Part shown: piece after piece, positions 1 to 9,554 of the stretch
Numbering within the stretch: the stretch's first letter is position 1
How the letters are laid out: each line of letters begins with the position of its first letter
Assembly (NCBI GenBank): GCA_029245795.1
Contig: JAQWOP010000003.1
Span: forward strand, 24,633 to 88,632
DNA: 64,000 nt
Source: Hyphomicrobiales bacterium
GTDB lineage: Bacteria; Pseudomonadota; Alphaproteobacteria; Rhizobiales; TMED25
Direction of reading: 5' to 3'
Made by a program: the position numbers and the translations under genes
Notes under the pieces: generated by a model
What the model was told of the DNA's origin: nothing
The model's input: only the letters and a program-made list of their open reading frames with translations
Database searches by the model: none

Positions 1-701
1 CCTTCTTCGGCGATTAACCCATTATTAATAAATAGTATATAGTTAGATACATCTTTTGCAAGTTTCATATCATGGGTGACAAGTATCATTGTTCTACCTT
101 CTTCTGCCAGATTTTTAATCACTTGGATTACCTCTTGTTCTAATTCAGGATCTAAGGCAGATGTTGGCTCATCAAAAAGGATTACATCAGGTTCCATAGC
201 AAGAGCTCTAGCAATTGCTGCTCTTTGTTGCTGGCCACCAGAAAGATTGAGTGGGTATTCATAGGCTTTGTCATATAGATCAACTTTTTGTAATAATTCA
301 ATAGCTTTTTCCTGAGCTTCCTTTTTTGACTTACCGAGAACTGATATTGGAGCTTCTATAATATTTTGCATTACATTCATATGTGACCAAAGATTAAATT
401 GCTGAAAGACCATTGATATTTTTGTTCTATGTCTAATAACCTGCGATTTATTAGCAGGAATTCTATGATTTTTATTATTCTCCCAAATGATCTTTTCATC
501 TTCAAATAGTATTTCGCCAGAATCACTGTATTCGAGAAGGTTTATACATCGTAGGAGTGTTGATTTTCCAGATCCCGATGTACCAATTATACTAATTACT
601 TGTCCTGCATATGCACTGAGACTAACTCCATTTAAGACCTTTAAATCTCCAAATGTTTTATATAAATCTGTAACTTTTATTATGGCTTTTTTTTCTGACA
701 T
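1..701 (-). CDS. Polar amino-acid ABC transporter ATP-binding subunit (HisP/GlnQ type); 3' end lies beyond the left window edge
   Basis: Absent from the ORF track because it runs off the window. My minus-strand translation from ATG (701..699) reads [28 protein letters not shown]... It has Walker [11 protein letters not shown]-loop MVFQQFNLW, signature [15 protein letters not shown], Walker [12 protein letters not shown] and H-loop LVTHDM. Plus-strand track ORFs 76..264 and 487..705 are shadow frames of this gene. Confidence 0.9.
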   Translation of the reverse strand, partial: MSEKKAIIKVTDLYKTFGDLKVLNGVSLSAYAGQVISIIGTSGSGKSTLLRCINLLEYSDSGEILFEDEKIIWENNKNHRIPANKSQVIRHRTKISMVFQQFNLWSHMNVMQNIIEAPISVLGKSKKEAQEKAIELLQKVDLYDKAYEYPLNLSGGQQQRAAIARALAMEPDVILFDEPTSALDPELEQEVIQVIKNLAEEGRTMILVTHDMKLAKDVSNYILFINNGLIAEE

Positions 702-744
702 ATAACTGTTTACATAAAGATAAGTAAATATAAATAAGTTATTT

Positions 745-777
745 AATATCACTTATATCAAATGGGCAAGTGATATT
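745..777. repeat. 10-bp inverted repeat AATATCACTT-N13-AAGTGATATT in the divergent ABC-ATPase/sucA intergenic region
   Basis: Read directly: arms at 745..754 and 768..777 are perfect reverse complements and include two G:C pairs. The repeat lies about 44 nt upstream of the minus-strand ATG at 701. It is a possible operator or leader hairpin. Confidence 0.4.
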
Positions 778-1043
778 TATATTATAAAAAAAATTAAGAA
801 TATAAGAGTTATAATAATTGTTTTTTTATATACTTATTTCTATTTATTTTTATAAATAAAACTGATAGTAATTAGATCAATAATTAACCTTGATAATATA
901 TATATTCACTAGACAATACTTCTCTTGACATCTAATAAAAATAAAACTAACAAATCTTGTTATAATAAAAAAATTTTTGAATTATAACAATTCTAAAACA
1001 GGTATATAGTTCGTATGTTATCTGAATTTATAATTGGTATCTA

Positions 1044-3947
1044 ATGCTTGATAAAAAGAAAAATAAAAACGAAAATGATGTTTCATTTTTATATGGCTCA
1101 AACTCAAGCTATATTGAAAGCTTATTCTCAAAATATAAAAAAAATAATTCTTCTGTAGATGAAAGTTGGCAGGATTTCTTCTCGAGTATGCCAGAGGAGG
1201 ATAATAGTTCATTGGATCAGCCAATTTGGCCTAAATTAGAATATCAGTCTTATTCTAATATTAAAGAAATAGAAACACTCAAATCAGAAATTGAGAATAA
1301 ACTCAATGGAATAGGAAAAGAAGTAAAGCCATCCTTATCCTCCAGCCAAATTAGGACTGCAACGATAGATTCAATTAGAGCTTTAATGATGATTAGGGCT
1401 TACAGGATGAGGGGACATCTAATAGCAGATCTTGATCCATTAAACATACAAGAAAAATCAAACCATCCCGAATTAAGGCCGGAAACTTACGGATTTGATA
1501 ATAAAAATAGGGATAGAAAAATATTTATTGATTTTGTTTTGGGTTTAGAGTTTGCAACAATTAATGAAATGTTGGTTATTTTAAAACGGACATATTGCTC
1601 TACTATTGGGGTCGAATTTGCACATATTGCAGATCCAGAACAAAAATCATGGATTCAAGAAAGAATTGAGGGTGTAAATAAAGAAATTACATTCACTAAC
1701 GAAGGTAAAAAAGCGATCCTAAATAAATTAATTGAAGCTGAAGGATTTGAAAAGTTCTTAAGTATTAAATATACTGGAACTAAAAGGTTTGGTTTAGACG
1801 GAGGTGAATCAGCAATTCCCGCTTTAGAGCAAATAATAAAAAGAGGTGGCAATCTTGGTGTTGAAGAAATAGTTATAGGAATGCCTCATCGTGGAAGATT
1901 AAATGTCCTTGCAAATGTAATGAAAAAACCTTTAAAAGCAATTTTTCATGAATTTCAGGGCGGTGGATCCAATCCAAAAGAAGTCGAAGGAACTGGAGAT
2001 GTAAAATATCATCTTGGATCTTCTTCAGATCGTATTTTTGATGAAAATAATGTGCATTTATCTTTAGCCGCTAATCCATCCCATCTAGAAATTGTTAATC
2101 CCGTAGTTCTTGGAAAAGTTAGAGCTAAACAAGACAGGATGGGTGATAAACTAAGAAATAAGATTATGCCATTGCTAATACATGGTGATGCAGCTTTTGC
2201 AGGGCAAGGTGTTGTTGCGGAATGTTTTGGTTTATCTGGTTTAAAGGGACATAAAACTGGAGGTTCTATTCATCTTATTATAAATAATCAGATAGGATTT
2301 ACTACATCACCAAGGTATGCTAGGTCCTCACCATATCCGTCTGATGTAGCAAAAATGGTTGATGCGCCAATCTTTCATGTAAATGGAGATGATCCTGAAG
2401 CTGTTGTTTATGTTGCAAAGGTTGCCACTGAATTTAGACAAAAATTTAATATTCCTGTTGTTATTGATATGATTTGTTATAGAAGGTTTGGGCATAATGA
2501 AGGTGATGAACCTTCTTTTACTCAACCTTTAATGTATAAAAATATAAAACATCATCCAAAAGTTACTGAGATATATAGTAAAAAATTAATCTCTGAGGGA
2601 GTTATAAACGAAGAATTTTTTGAAACAAAAAGAAAAGAATTTAGAGAATTATTATCTAATGAATTTGATCTATCCACTCAATATGAGCCTGATAAGGCTG
2701 ATTGGCTAGATGGTGCTTGGAGTGGTTTAGGACTTGCAGGAGAAGGAGAGAGAAGAGGTAATACGGGGGTAGAAATTAAGACATTAAATAAAATTGGTGA
2801 AGAATTAACAAAACTACCTGAAAATTTTAATATTCATCCTACTCTTAAAAGAATTATGAATGCTAGAATTAAGTCTCTTAATGAAGGCTCAGGTATAGAT
2901 TGGGCTACCGCAGAATCCCTTGCATTTGGTAGTTTGTTGAATGAAGGTTTTTCGGTAAGATTATCTGGACAAGACTCAGAACGCGGAACCTTCTCTCATA
3001 GGCATTCTGTATTAATAGATCAAGAAAATGAGAACAGATATATACCTCTTAATAATATTTCAAAAAATAAAGCTCAATTTGAAGTTATAAATTCAATGCT
3101 TTCAGAAGAAGCAGTATTAGGTTTCGAATATGGTTATAGTTCGGCTAGACCTAAGGTTTTAACTATGTGGGAAGCACAATTTGGAGATTTTGCTAATGGA
3201 GCCCAGGTGATCATTGACCAATTTATTGCATCAGGTGAAGCAAAGTGGCTAAGAATGTGTGGTCTAGTATTATTATTACCTCATGGATATGAAGGTCAAG
3301 GACCTGAACATTCATCTGCTAGATTAGAAAGATTTTTGCAATTGGCAGCAGAAGATAATATACAAGTAGCAAATTGCACAACGCCATGTAATTATTTTCA
3401 TATACTGAGAAGACAAATACATAGAAATTTTAGAAAACCTCTAATTTTAATGACTCCAAAAAGTTTTCTTAGAAATAAAAATGTAGTATCAAATATTAGT
3501 GATTTTGCTACAGATAAATCATTTTATAGAATATTATGGGATCAGGATCATAATAATTTGTTACCAGAAAACAAAATTAAAAAGTTAGTTCTTTGTTCTG
3601 GTAAAGTTTATTTTGATCTATATGAAGCAAGAAAAAACAAACCTTCAAATGATATTTATCTTATGAGAATTGAGCAATTATATCCTTTTCCAATGAAAGC
3701 TTTAATAAAACAATTAGAGAAATTTAAAAATGCACAAATTATATGGTGTCAAGAAGAACCACAAAACATGGGCGCATGGGCATTTATAGCACCTAATATT
3801 GAGTTAGCCCTAGAGCATATTAAATTCAAACAAAAGAAATTAATTTATGTTGGTAGATCAGCTGCTGCATCGCCAGCTACAGGATTAATGAGTGATCACA
3901 AAAAACAAATAGATAAATTTATAAATATAATATTTTCTAATAAATAA
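1044..3947 (+). CDS. sucA: 2-oxoglutarate dehydrogenase E1 component
   Basis: 967 aa. Motifs: FLYGSNSSYIESLF N-terminus, HGDAAFAGQGVV, FGHNEGDEPSFTQP, WCQEEPQNMGAW. Directly followed by sucB and lpdA. Confidence 0.97.
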   Translation: MLDKKKNKNENDVSFLYGSNSSYIESLFSKYKKNNSSVDESWQDFFSSMPEEDNSSLDQPIWPKLEYQSYSNIKEIETLKSEIENKLNGIGKEVKPSLSSSQIRTATIDSIRALMMIRAYRMRGHLIADLDPLNIQEKSNHPELRPETYGFDNKNRDRKIFIDFVLGLEFATINEMLVILKRTYCSTIGVEFAHIADPEQKSWIQERIEGVNKEITFTNEGKKAILNKLIEAEGFEKFLSIKYTGTKRFGLDGGESAIPALEQIIKRGGNLGVEEIVIGMPHRGRLNVLANVMKKPLKAIFHEFQGGGSNPKEVEGTGDVKYHLGSSSDRIFDENNVHLSLAANPSHLEIVNPVVLGKVRAKQDRMGDKLRNKIMPLLIHGDAAFAGQGVVAECFGLSGLKGHKTGGSIHLIINNQIGFTTSPRYARSSPYPSDVAKMVDAPIFHVNGDDPEAVVYVAKVATEFRQKFNIPVVIDMICYRRFGHNEGDEPSFTQPLMYKNIKHHPKVTEIYSKKLISEGVINEEFFETKRKEFRELLSNEFDLSTQYEPDKADWLDGAWSGLGLAGEGERRGNTGVEIKTLNKIGEELTKLPENFNIHPTLKRIMNARIKSLNEGSGIDWATAESLAFGSLLNEGFSVRLSGQDSERGTFSHRHSVLIDQENENRYIPLNNISKNKAQFEVINSMLSEEAVLGFEYGYSSARPKVLTMWEAQFGDFANGAQVIIDQFIASGEAKWLRMCGLVLLLPHGYEGQGPEHSSARLERFLQLAAEDNIQVANCTTPCNYFHILRRQIHRNFRKPLILMTPKSFLRNKNVVSNISDFATDKSFYRILWDQDHNNLLPENKIKKLVLCSGKVYFDLYEARKNKPSNDIYLMRIEQLYPFPMKALIKQLEKFKNAQIIWCQEEPQNMGAWAFIAPNIELALEHIKFKQKKLIYVGRSAAASPATGLMSDHKKQIDKFINIIFSNK

Positions 3948-3958
3948 GGATAAATATA

Positions 3959-5149
3959 ATGTCTGCTGATATTAAAGTACCGGAACTTGGTGAATCAATT
4001 GTTGAAGCAACAATTACACAGTGGTTAAAAAAAACAGGTGAAACTGTTTTAATGGATGAAATAATAGCAGAATTAGAAACTGATAAAGTTTCTGTAGAAG
4101 TTACTTCTCCTAAATCTGGGGTCCTAAAGGAACAGTTATTCAAAGAAGGGGATACAGTACAACCTGGGATTATTATTGGACTAATAGTTGATGGAGTTAC
4201 TGCTATAAATAACCAAGATATAGAAAATAATGATAACAAAATTGTTGAAGATATAAAAAATAAAGAAGAAAAAGAAGATATCAATCCATCTCCTTCAGCT
4301 AATAAATTAATAATTGAAAATAATTTGAATTTAGACTCTATTGTTGGATCTGGAAAAAGAGGACAAATCCTTAAGGAAGATGTTTTAAGTGCATTAAAAA
4401 AAGAAGATGATAGCTCTTCAAACGATCTTAATACAATCCCTGATTCTAATTTAGAGAAAATAGTTCCATTAACAAAATTAAGACAAACAATAGCAAATCG
4501 ATTAAAAACAGTCCAAAATACTGCTGCAATTTTGACAACTTTTAATGAAGTTGATATGTCATCAATAATATCAATAAGAGAACAACATGGAGACTCTTTT
4601 CAAAGTAAACATGGAGTTAAATTAGGATATATGGGTTTTTTTGTAAGAGCTTGTGTAGAAGCTTTAAGAGAATATCCTACAGTAAATGCACAGATTAAAG
4701 ATAATAATATTATATATAAAAACTATTATAATATAAGTATTGCTGTGGGAACTGATAAAGGACTTGTTGTTCCTGTTATAAAGAATGCGCAGAATTTAGA
4801 AATTTCTGATATTGAAAAAGAAATTAACAATTTGAGTAAATCTGCCAGAAATAATAATCTTTCAATAAATAGCATGCAGGGCGGTACCTTTACAATTACA
4901 AATGGAGGGATTTATGGTTCTTTAATGTCAACGCCAATTTTAAATGCTCCTCAATCTGGGATTCTTGGGATGCATAAAATTGAAAAAAGACCTGTTGTAA
5001 TAAATGATAAAATAGAGATTAGACCAATGATGTATCTTGCATTGAGCTATGACCATAGAATAATAGATGGCTCAGAAGCTGTAAGTTTTTTAGAACATGT
5101 TAAAAGAAGTATTTCTGATCCAATTGGAAATATATTGAATTTATTTTAA
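3959..5149 (+). CDS. sucB: Dihydrolipoamide succinyltransferase (E2 of the 2-oxoglutarate dehydrogenase complex)
   Basis: 396 aa. Lipoyl domain ELETDKVSVEV, E3-binding segment PSPSANKLIIENNL, catalytic LSYDHRIIDG. AAGGA sits upstream of the ATG. Confidence 0.96.
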   Translation: MSADIKVPELGESIVEATITQWLKKTGETVLMDEIIAELETDKVSVEVTSPKSGVLKEQLFKEGDTVQPGIIIGLIVDGVTAINNQDIENNDNKIVEDIKNKEEKEDINPSPSANKLIIENNLNLDSIVGSGKRGQILKEDVLSALKKEDDSSSNDLNTIPDSNLEKIVPLTKLRQTIANRLKTVQNTAAILTTFNEVDMSSIISIREQHGDSFQSKHGVKLGYMGFFVRACVEALREYPTVNAQIKDNNIIYKNYYNISIAVGTDKGLVVPVIKNAQNLEISDIEKEINNLSKSARNNNLSINSMQGGTFTITNGGIYGSLMSTPILNAPQSGILGMHKIEKRPVVINDKIEIRPMMYLALSYDHRIIDGSEAVSFLEHVKRSISDPIGNILNLF

Positions 5150-5183
5150 GTTATTTATTAATCAAATAAGTGAGTATTTTTTA

Positions 5184-6587
5184 ATGACGGATATTATATA
5201 TGATGCAGCTATAATAGGATCTGGACCTGGTGGGTATGTATGTGCAATTAGGTTAGCACAATTAGGAAAGAAAGTCGCCTTAATTGAAAAGAATAGTAGT
5301 TATGGTGGAACATGTCTGAATGTTGGATGTATTCCATCAAAAGCACTGTTGCATGCCTCATTATTATATGAGAATTCTAAATATAAATACGGTTCTATGG
5401 GGATTGAAACTAACCCTAAAATTAATTTAAAGAAAATGCATAAATATAAGGAAAGTGTAATAAGTAGTAACACTAACGGAATTAAATATTTATTTCAAAA
5501 GAATAAGATTGAGGTAATTAATGGACTTGCTGAGATCATTAGTAAAAATAAAATATCTATTAAAAACAAAAGTAATTCAAAGATTATTGATGTAAAAAAT
5601 ATAATAATAGCAACAGGTTCTATTCCAAATGAATTTAATGGAATAGAAATTAATGAAAAAAATATATTATCTTCTACAGGTGCGTTGTCTCTTGAAAAGG
5701 CCCCAAGAAATTTAGTTATTATTGGTGCTGGATATATTGGAATTGAATTAGGCTCTGTATGGATGAGATTAGGATCCAAAGTTAGATTTATTGAATATTG
5801 TGATAAGATATTGCCGGGAACTGATCAAGAAACTGCACTTAATCTTAAAAAAATTCTTGAGAAAAAAGGAATGGAATTTTTGTTAAATAAGAGTCTTATT
5901 AGTGTAGATAAAAATAAAGATAATTTAATTTTACAGATTAAAGATTTAGGGACAAATAATAAAGAAAATATCAGTGCTGATGTTATATTATTTTCAATTG
6001 GGAGAAAGCCTTATACAAAAGGATTGGGTATTGAAAATTTAGATATTACTACCGATGATAAAGGTAGGATAATTGTAAATACAAGTTATCAAACAACTGC
6101 TAAAAATATATTTGCTATTGGTGACGTGATTAAAGGTCCAATGTTAGCTCATAAAGCAGAAGAAGAGGGAGTAGCAGTTGCAGAAATCATTGCAAATCAG
6201 CATGGGCATGTGAATTATGATGTTATTCCATCGGTTATATATTCTGATCCTGAAATAGCTAGTGTTGGTTTAACAGAGGAAGAGTTAAAAGATAAGGATA
6301 TCGATTATTCTATTGGAAAATTTCCATTTATTGCAAATGGTAGGGCAAAAGTAAATCAAGATACAGATGGCTTTGTAAAAATATTAGCAAATAAGATTAC
6401 GGATAAAGTTTTAGGGGTACATATAATTGGATCAGATGCAGGTAATTTAATAGGTGAAGCTGCTCTCGCAATGGAATTTGGAGCATCATCAGAAGATATT
6501 GCTCGTACATGTCATGCGCATCCCACATTAACCGAGAGTATAAAAGAAGCTGCACTGGATGTAGATAACAGGGCAATACATATATAG
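5184..6587 (+). CDS. lpdA: Dihydrolipoamide dehydrogenase (E3)
   Basis: 467 aa. FAD site IIGSGPGGY, redox disulfide GGTCLNVGCIPSK, NAD site GAGYIGIELG, C-terminal HAHPTLTE. Confidence 0.96.
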   Translation: MTDIIYDAAIIGSGPGGYVCAIRLAQLGKKVALIEKNSSYGGTCLNVGCIPSKALLHASLLYENSKYKYGSMGIETNPKINLKKMHKYKESVISSNTNGIKYLFQKNKIEVINGLAEIISKNKISIKNKSNSKIIDVKNIIIATGSIPNEFNGIEINEKNILSSTGALSLEKAPRNLVIIGAGYIGIELGSVWMRLGSKVRFIEYCDKILPGTDQETALNLKKILEKKGMEFLLNKSLISVDKNKDNLILQIKDLGTNNKENISADVILFSIGRKPYTKGLGIENLDITTDDKGRIIVNTSYQTTAKNIFAIGDVIKGPMLAHKAEEEGVAVAEIIANQHGHVNYDVIPSVIYSDPEIASVGLTEEELKDKDIDYSIGKFPFIANGRAKVNQDTDGFVKILANKITDKVLGVHIIGSDAGNLIGEAALAMEFGASSEDIARTCHAHPTLTESIKEAALDVDNRAIHI

Positions 6588-6654
6588 ATTATATTTAATT
6601 ATAATTTTTTATGAAATTAAGATATTTAATCTTATATGAAGAGTACCTAAAAAA

Positions 6655-7710
6655 TTACGTAAAATTTTTATTTATGCTATTTAGCTCATCATGGCTTGGG
6701 CATAATGTGTCTAATGGAATTTCATTTAGTGGTGTTTTTGATGTATTAAGTACTTTATGCATCTCCGAAACTTCTTCATTTAAGTATAATAATCCAGTAA
6801 CCACTTTTCCTTCGCCTCTATATTTTCTTAGTTTATTTACTACATCATTTTGATTCCTAGGATCGTAACTTGCATCTAATTTATGTAGATTTATATTTGT
6901 TCCATCATGAAGCGAAATATCAATATTTTCACCTTCTTTATAATTGATTTCTATACTATCTTTTTCAGGAATAAAGTCCAATTCGCCCATAGTTGCATTA
7001 TGCTCTCTAATATAGTCATAACTTTTTGTTGAGTATTGATGGTTATTAAAAGTTACACAGGGAGAAATTACATCAATTAATGAAAAGCCATTATAGGCAA
7101 TAGCCGTTTTTATCAGAGGAACTAATTGTTCTTTATCACCAGAAAAACTTCTTGCTACAAACCCTGCACCTAATTCAATTGCCATTAAAGCTAAATCAAT
7201 TGCACCAAAAGGATTATCGTTACCTTTTTTATTTTTTGAATTTTTATCATTTGTAGCTGAAAATTGACCTTTAGTTAATCCATAAGTTCCATTATTCTCA
7301 ACAATATAAGTAAGATTCAATTGCCTTCTAATTGCATGACAGTATTGTCCTAATCCTATCGATGCAGTATCTCCGTCTCCAGATACCCCAATATAAATTA
7401 AATCTCTATTTGCAAGATTTGCACCAGTGGCAACAGAGGGCATTCTTCCATGTACAGTATTAAACCCATGTGATTGATTTAGAAAATAATTCGTTGTTTT
7501 TGAAGAGCAACCAATTCCGGATAACTTAGCAATTTTATGAGCTGGAAGAGACATATCATAACAAGCTTGGATAACTGATGAAGTGATTGAATCATGTCCG
7601 CATCCTGCGCATAGAGTAGATACTAATCCTTCGTAATCCCTATACGTTAGTCCTAGGTCGTTTTTTGGAAGGGAGGGATGTCTAAATATAGGTTTTTTTA
7701 TAAATGTCAT
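6655..7710 (-). CDS. korB: 2-oxoacid:acceptor (ferredoxin-type) oxidoreductase, beta (TPP-binding) subunit
   Basis: 351 aa. Motifs CAGCGHDSITS and TPP-binding GVSGDGDTASIGLGQ. It starts 2 nt after the korA stop. Confidence 0.88.
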   Translation of the reverse strand: MTFIKKPIFRHPSLPKNDLGLTYRDYEGLVSTLCAGCGHDSITSSVIQACYDMSLPAHKIAKLSGIGCSSKTTNYFLNQSHGFNTVHGRMPSVATGANLANRDLIYIGVSGDGDTASIGLGQYCHAIRRQLNLTYIVENNGTYGLTKGQFSATNDKNSKNKKGNDNPFGAIDLALMAIELGAGFVARSFSGDKEQLVPLIKTAIAYNGFSLIDVISPCVTFNNHQYSTKSYDYIREHNATMGELDFIPEKDSIEINYKEGENIDISLHDGTNINLHKLDASYDPRNQNDVVNKLRKYRGEGKVVTGLLYLNEEVSEMHKVLNTSKTPLNEIPLDTLCPSHDELNSINKNFT

Positions 7711-7712
7711 TA

Positions 7713-9554
7713 TTAAACTATCTTTATTAGAGGCGATATAAGATCATTAATATCTTTATTTTCTTCTATATGTTTATTTATTTCATCAATTATAAATTTA
7801 GATGTTAAGGGCATTCCATCGTAATTTAAGATTGATATCAATTTAGATATTGGAATATCGCATTCTGTTTTTAGTAGAGTTTTCATTTGGGCGTCTCTAT
7901 TTTGTTCTACAACAAAAATAATATCATGTTGATCAATAAAATCCCTTATATTATTTGAAAAAGGAAATGATCTTATTCTCATATGGTTAATAGCAATACC
8001 TTTACCCGATAAATATTCTAAAGATTCATTTATTGCCCTTGTTGTGCTGCCAAAATTAATAATACCAATCTTGGTTTTATTACTATTAATAATAATCTTA
8101 GGTTGAGGCAATAGATTTTCTGCTGTTTTAAATTTTTTTGATAGGCGGTCAAGTGTTTGTGCATGTATTAGCCCATTTTCAGTATACCCACCATACTCAT
8201 TATGTGAGGTTCCACGTGTAAAATAAGCTCCTAACTCTGGATGTGTAGCAGGTATTGTTCTATAGGGGATGCCATCACCATCAACATCTTTGTACCTACC
8301 AAAATCCTTTGTATTTTCAAGTTCTTCTGAATTTAGAACTTTTCCTCTGTCATGTTGATATTGATCATTCCATTCAAGTTCATCCACAACCCAATCATTC
8401 ATGCCTATGTCTAAATCACTAAGAACAATTATAGGTGTTTGTAATTTCTCTGCGAGATCAAAAGAATCAAGTGAAAATTGGAAGCATTCATTGGGATCTG
8501 ATGGGAATAATAAAACTTGTTTTGTATCTCCATGTGATGCATAAGCACAGGATATTAAATCTGATTGTTGAGTTCTTGTTGGCATACCAGTGGAAGGACC
8601 ACCTCTTTGAATATCAAACAAGACGAGGGGTATTTCAGAGAAATATGCTAAACCAATAAATTCACTCATTAAGGAAATACCTGGTCCAGATGTTGCAGTG
8701 AATGCTCTTGCTCCATTCCAATTTGCCCCAATTGCCATACCAATTGCAGATAATTCATCTTCAGCTTGCATAATTGCAGCATTAATTGTTCCATCTTCAT
8801 TTTTTCTTAATTTCATTGCATGTTTTTCAAATGCTTCAACTAATGATGTAGAAGGGGTTATCGGATACCATGACGCAACTGTGGCGCCAGCATAAATAGC
8901 TCCAAGTGCTGCAGCTTCATTACCATTTATCATAATCTTATTAGTGTTTTTATTAGACTTTCTAACCTGTTTATTTAATGGATATTTTATATTATCTTCA
9001 ATATATTTACGCCCAATTTCTAAGGCTTTGACATTTTGTTCGATGAGCTTTGGTTTGTTATGAAATTGATCTGATAGAAGTTGTTTTATTATATCAAAAT
9101 CTATGCCTATTAATAGACTTAGGCTGCCAAGATAAACTATATTTTTAAATAATTGTCTTTGTCTTGTGTCCGTGTAAGCATCTGCGCATAGTTTTGCAAT
9201 AGGTATTCCAATAATATTTATGTCATCTCTTTTAAAATCTCTTAATAAGCTTGAATCATATATAAATGATCCATTTTCAATTACCTCATTAATATCTTGG
9301 TCATAAGTTTGTGCATTCATAGCCACAAAGATATCTATGCCATCACGTCTGGCAAGCTTTTCGGATTCAGATATCTTAATCTCATACCAAGTAGGTAAAC
9401 CTTGTATATTTGAAGGAAATATATTTTTAGCTGATACAGGTATCCCCATTCTAAATAGAGCTTTTGCGCAAAACGCATTAGCACTAGCTGAACCAGAGCC
9501 ATTAACATTAGCAAACTTAAGGACAAGTTCGTTATATACGGAATCACTCGACAT
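7713..9554 (-). CDS. korA: 2-oxoacid:acceptor oxidoreductase, alpha subunit (gamma-alpha fusion type)
   Basis: 613 aa. N-terminal POR-gamma-like FANVNGSGSASANAF, then an alpha domain with ATSGPGISLMSEFIGLAYFSEIPLV. Its ATG overlaps the upstream gene's stop by 11 nt. Confidence 0.88.
   Translation of the reverse strand: MSSDSVYNELVLKFANVNGSGSASANAFCAKALFRMGIPVSAKNIFPSNIQGLPTWYEIKISESEKLARRDGIDIFVAMNAQTYDQDINEVIENGSFIYDSSLLRDFKRDDINIIGIPIAKLCADAYTDTRQRQLFKNIVYLGSLSLLIGIDFDIIKQLLSDQFHNKPKLIEQNVKALEIGRKYIEDNIKYPLNKQVRKSNKNTNKIMINGNEAAALGAIYAGATVASWYPITPSTSLVEAFEKHAMKLRKNEDGTINAAIMQAEDELSAIGMAIGANWNGARAFTATSGPGISLMSEFIGLAYFSEIPLVLFDIQRGGPSTGMPTRTQQSDLISCAYASHGDTKQVLLFPSDPNECFQFSLDSFDLAEKLQTPIIVLSDLDIGMNDWVVDELEWNDQYQHDRGKVLNSEELENTKDFGRYKDVDGDGIPYRTIPATHPELGAYFTRGTSHNEYGGYTENGLIHAQTLDRLSKKFKTAENLLPQPKIIINSNKTKIGIINFGSTTRAINESLEYLSGKGIAINHMRIRSFPFSNNIRDFIDQHDIIFVVEQNRDAQMKTLLKTECDIPISKLISILNYDGMPLTSKFIIDEINKHIEENKDINDLISPLIKIV

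Noticed and set aside
76-705. Track ORFs 76..264 (+) and 487..705 (+)
   Set aside because: They are shadow frames of the minus-strand ABC ATPase gene (1..701). That gene has a complete Walker A/Q-loop/signature/Walker B/H-loop series, while these translations are low-complexity with no motifs.
3937-4284. 115-aa minus-strand ORF antisense to the start of sucB
   Set aside because: It is S/I/F-rich low-complexity sequence fully inside the well-supported sucB. There is no start context. This is typical antisense-frame openness of a codon-biased gene.
6588-6654. Bidirectional terminator between lpdA and korB (TAAGAT-attta-ATCTTA)
   Set aside because: It has only a 6-bp all-weak stem with no flanking U-tract. 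This is indistinguishable from chance in this composition. A similar weak 6-bp hairpin after recA (ATAGAT-ttta-ATCTAT, about 33540..33555) was rejected for the same reason.
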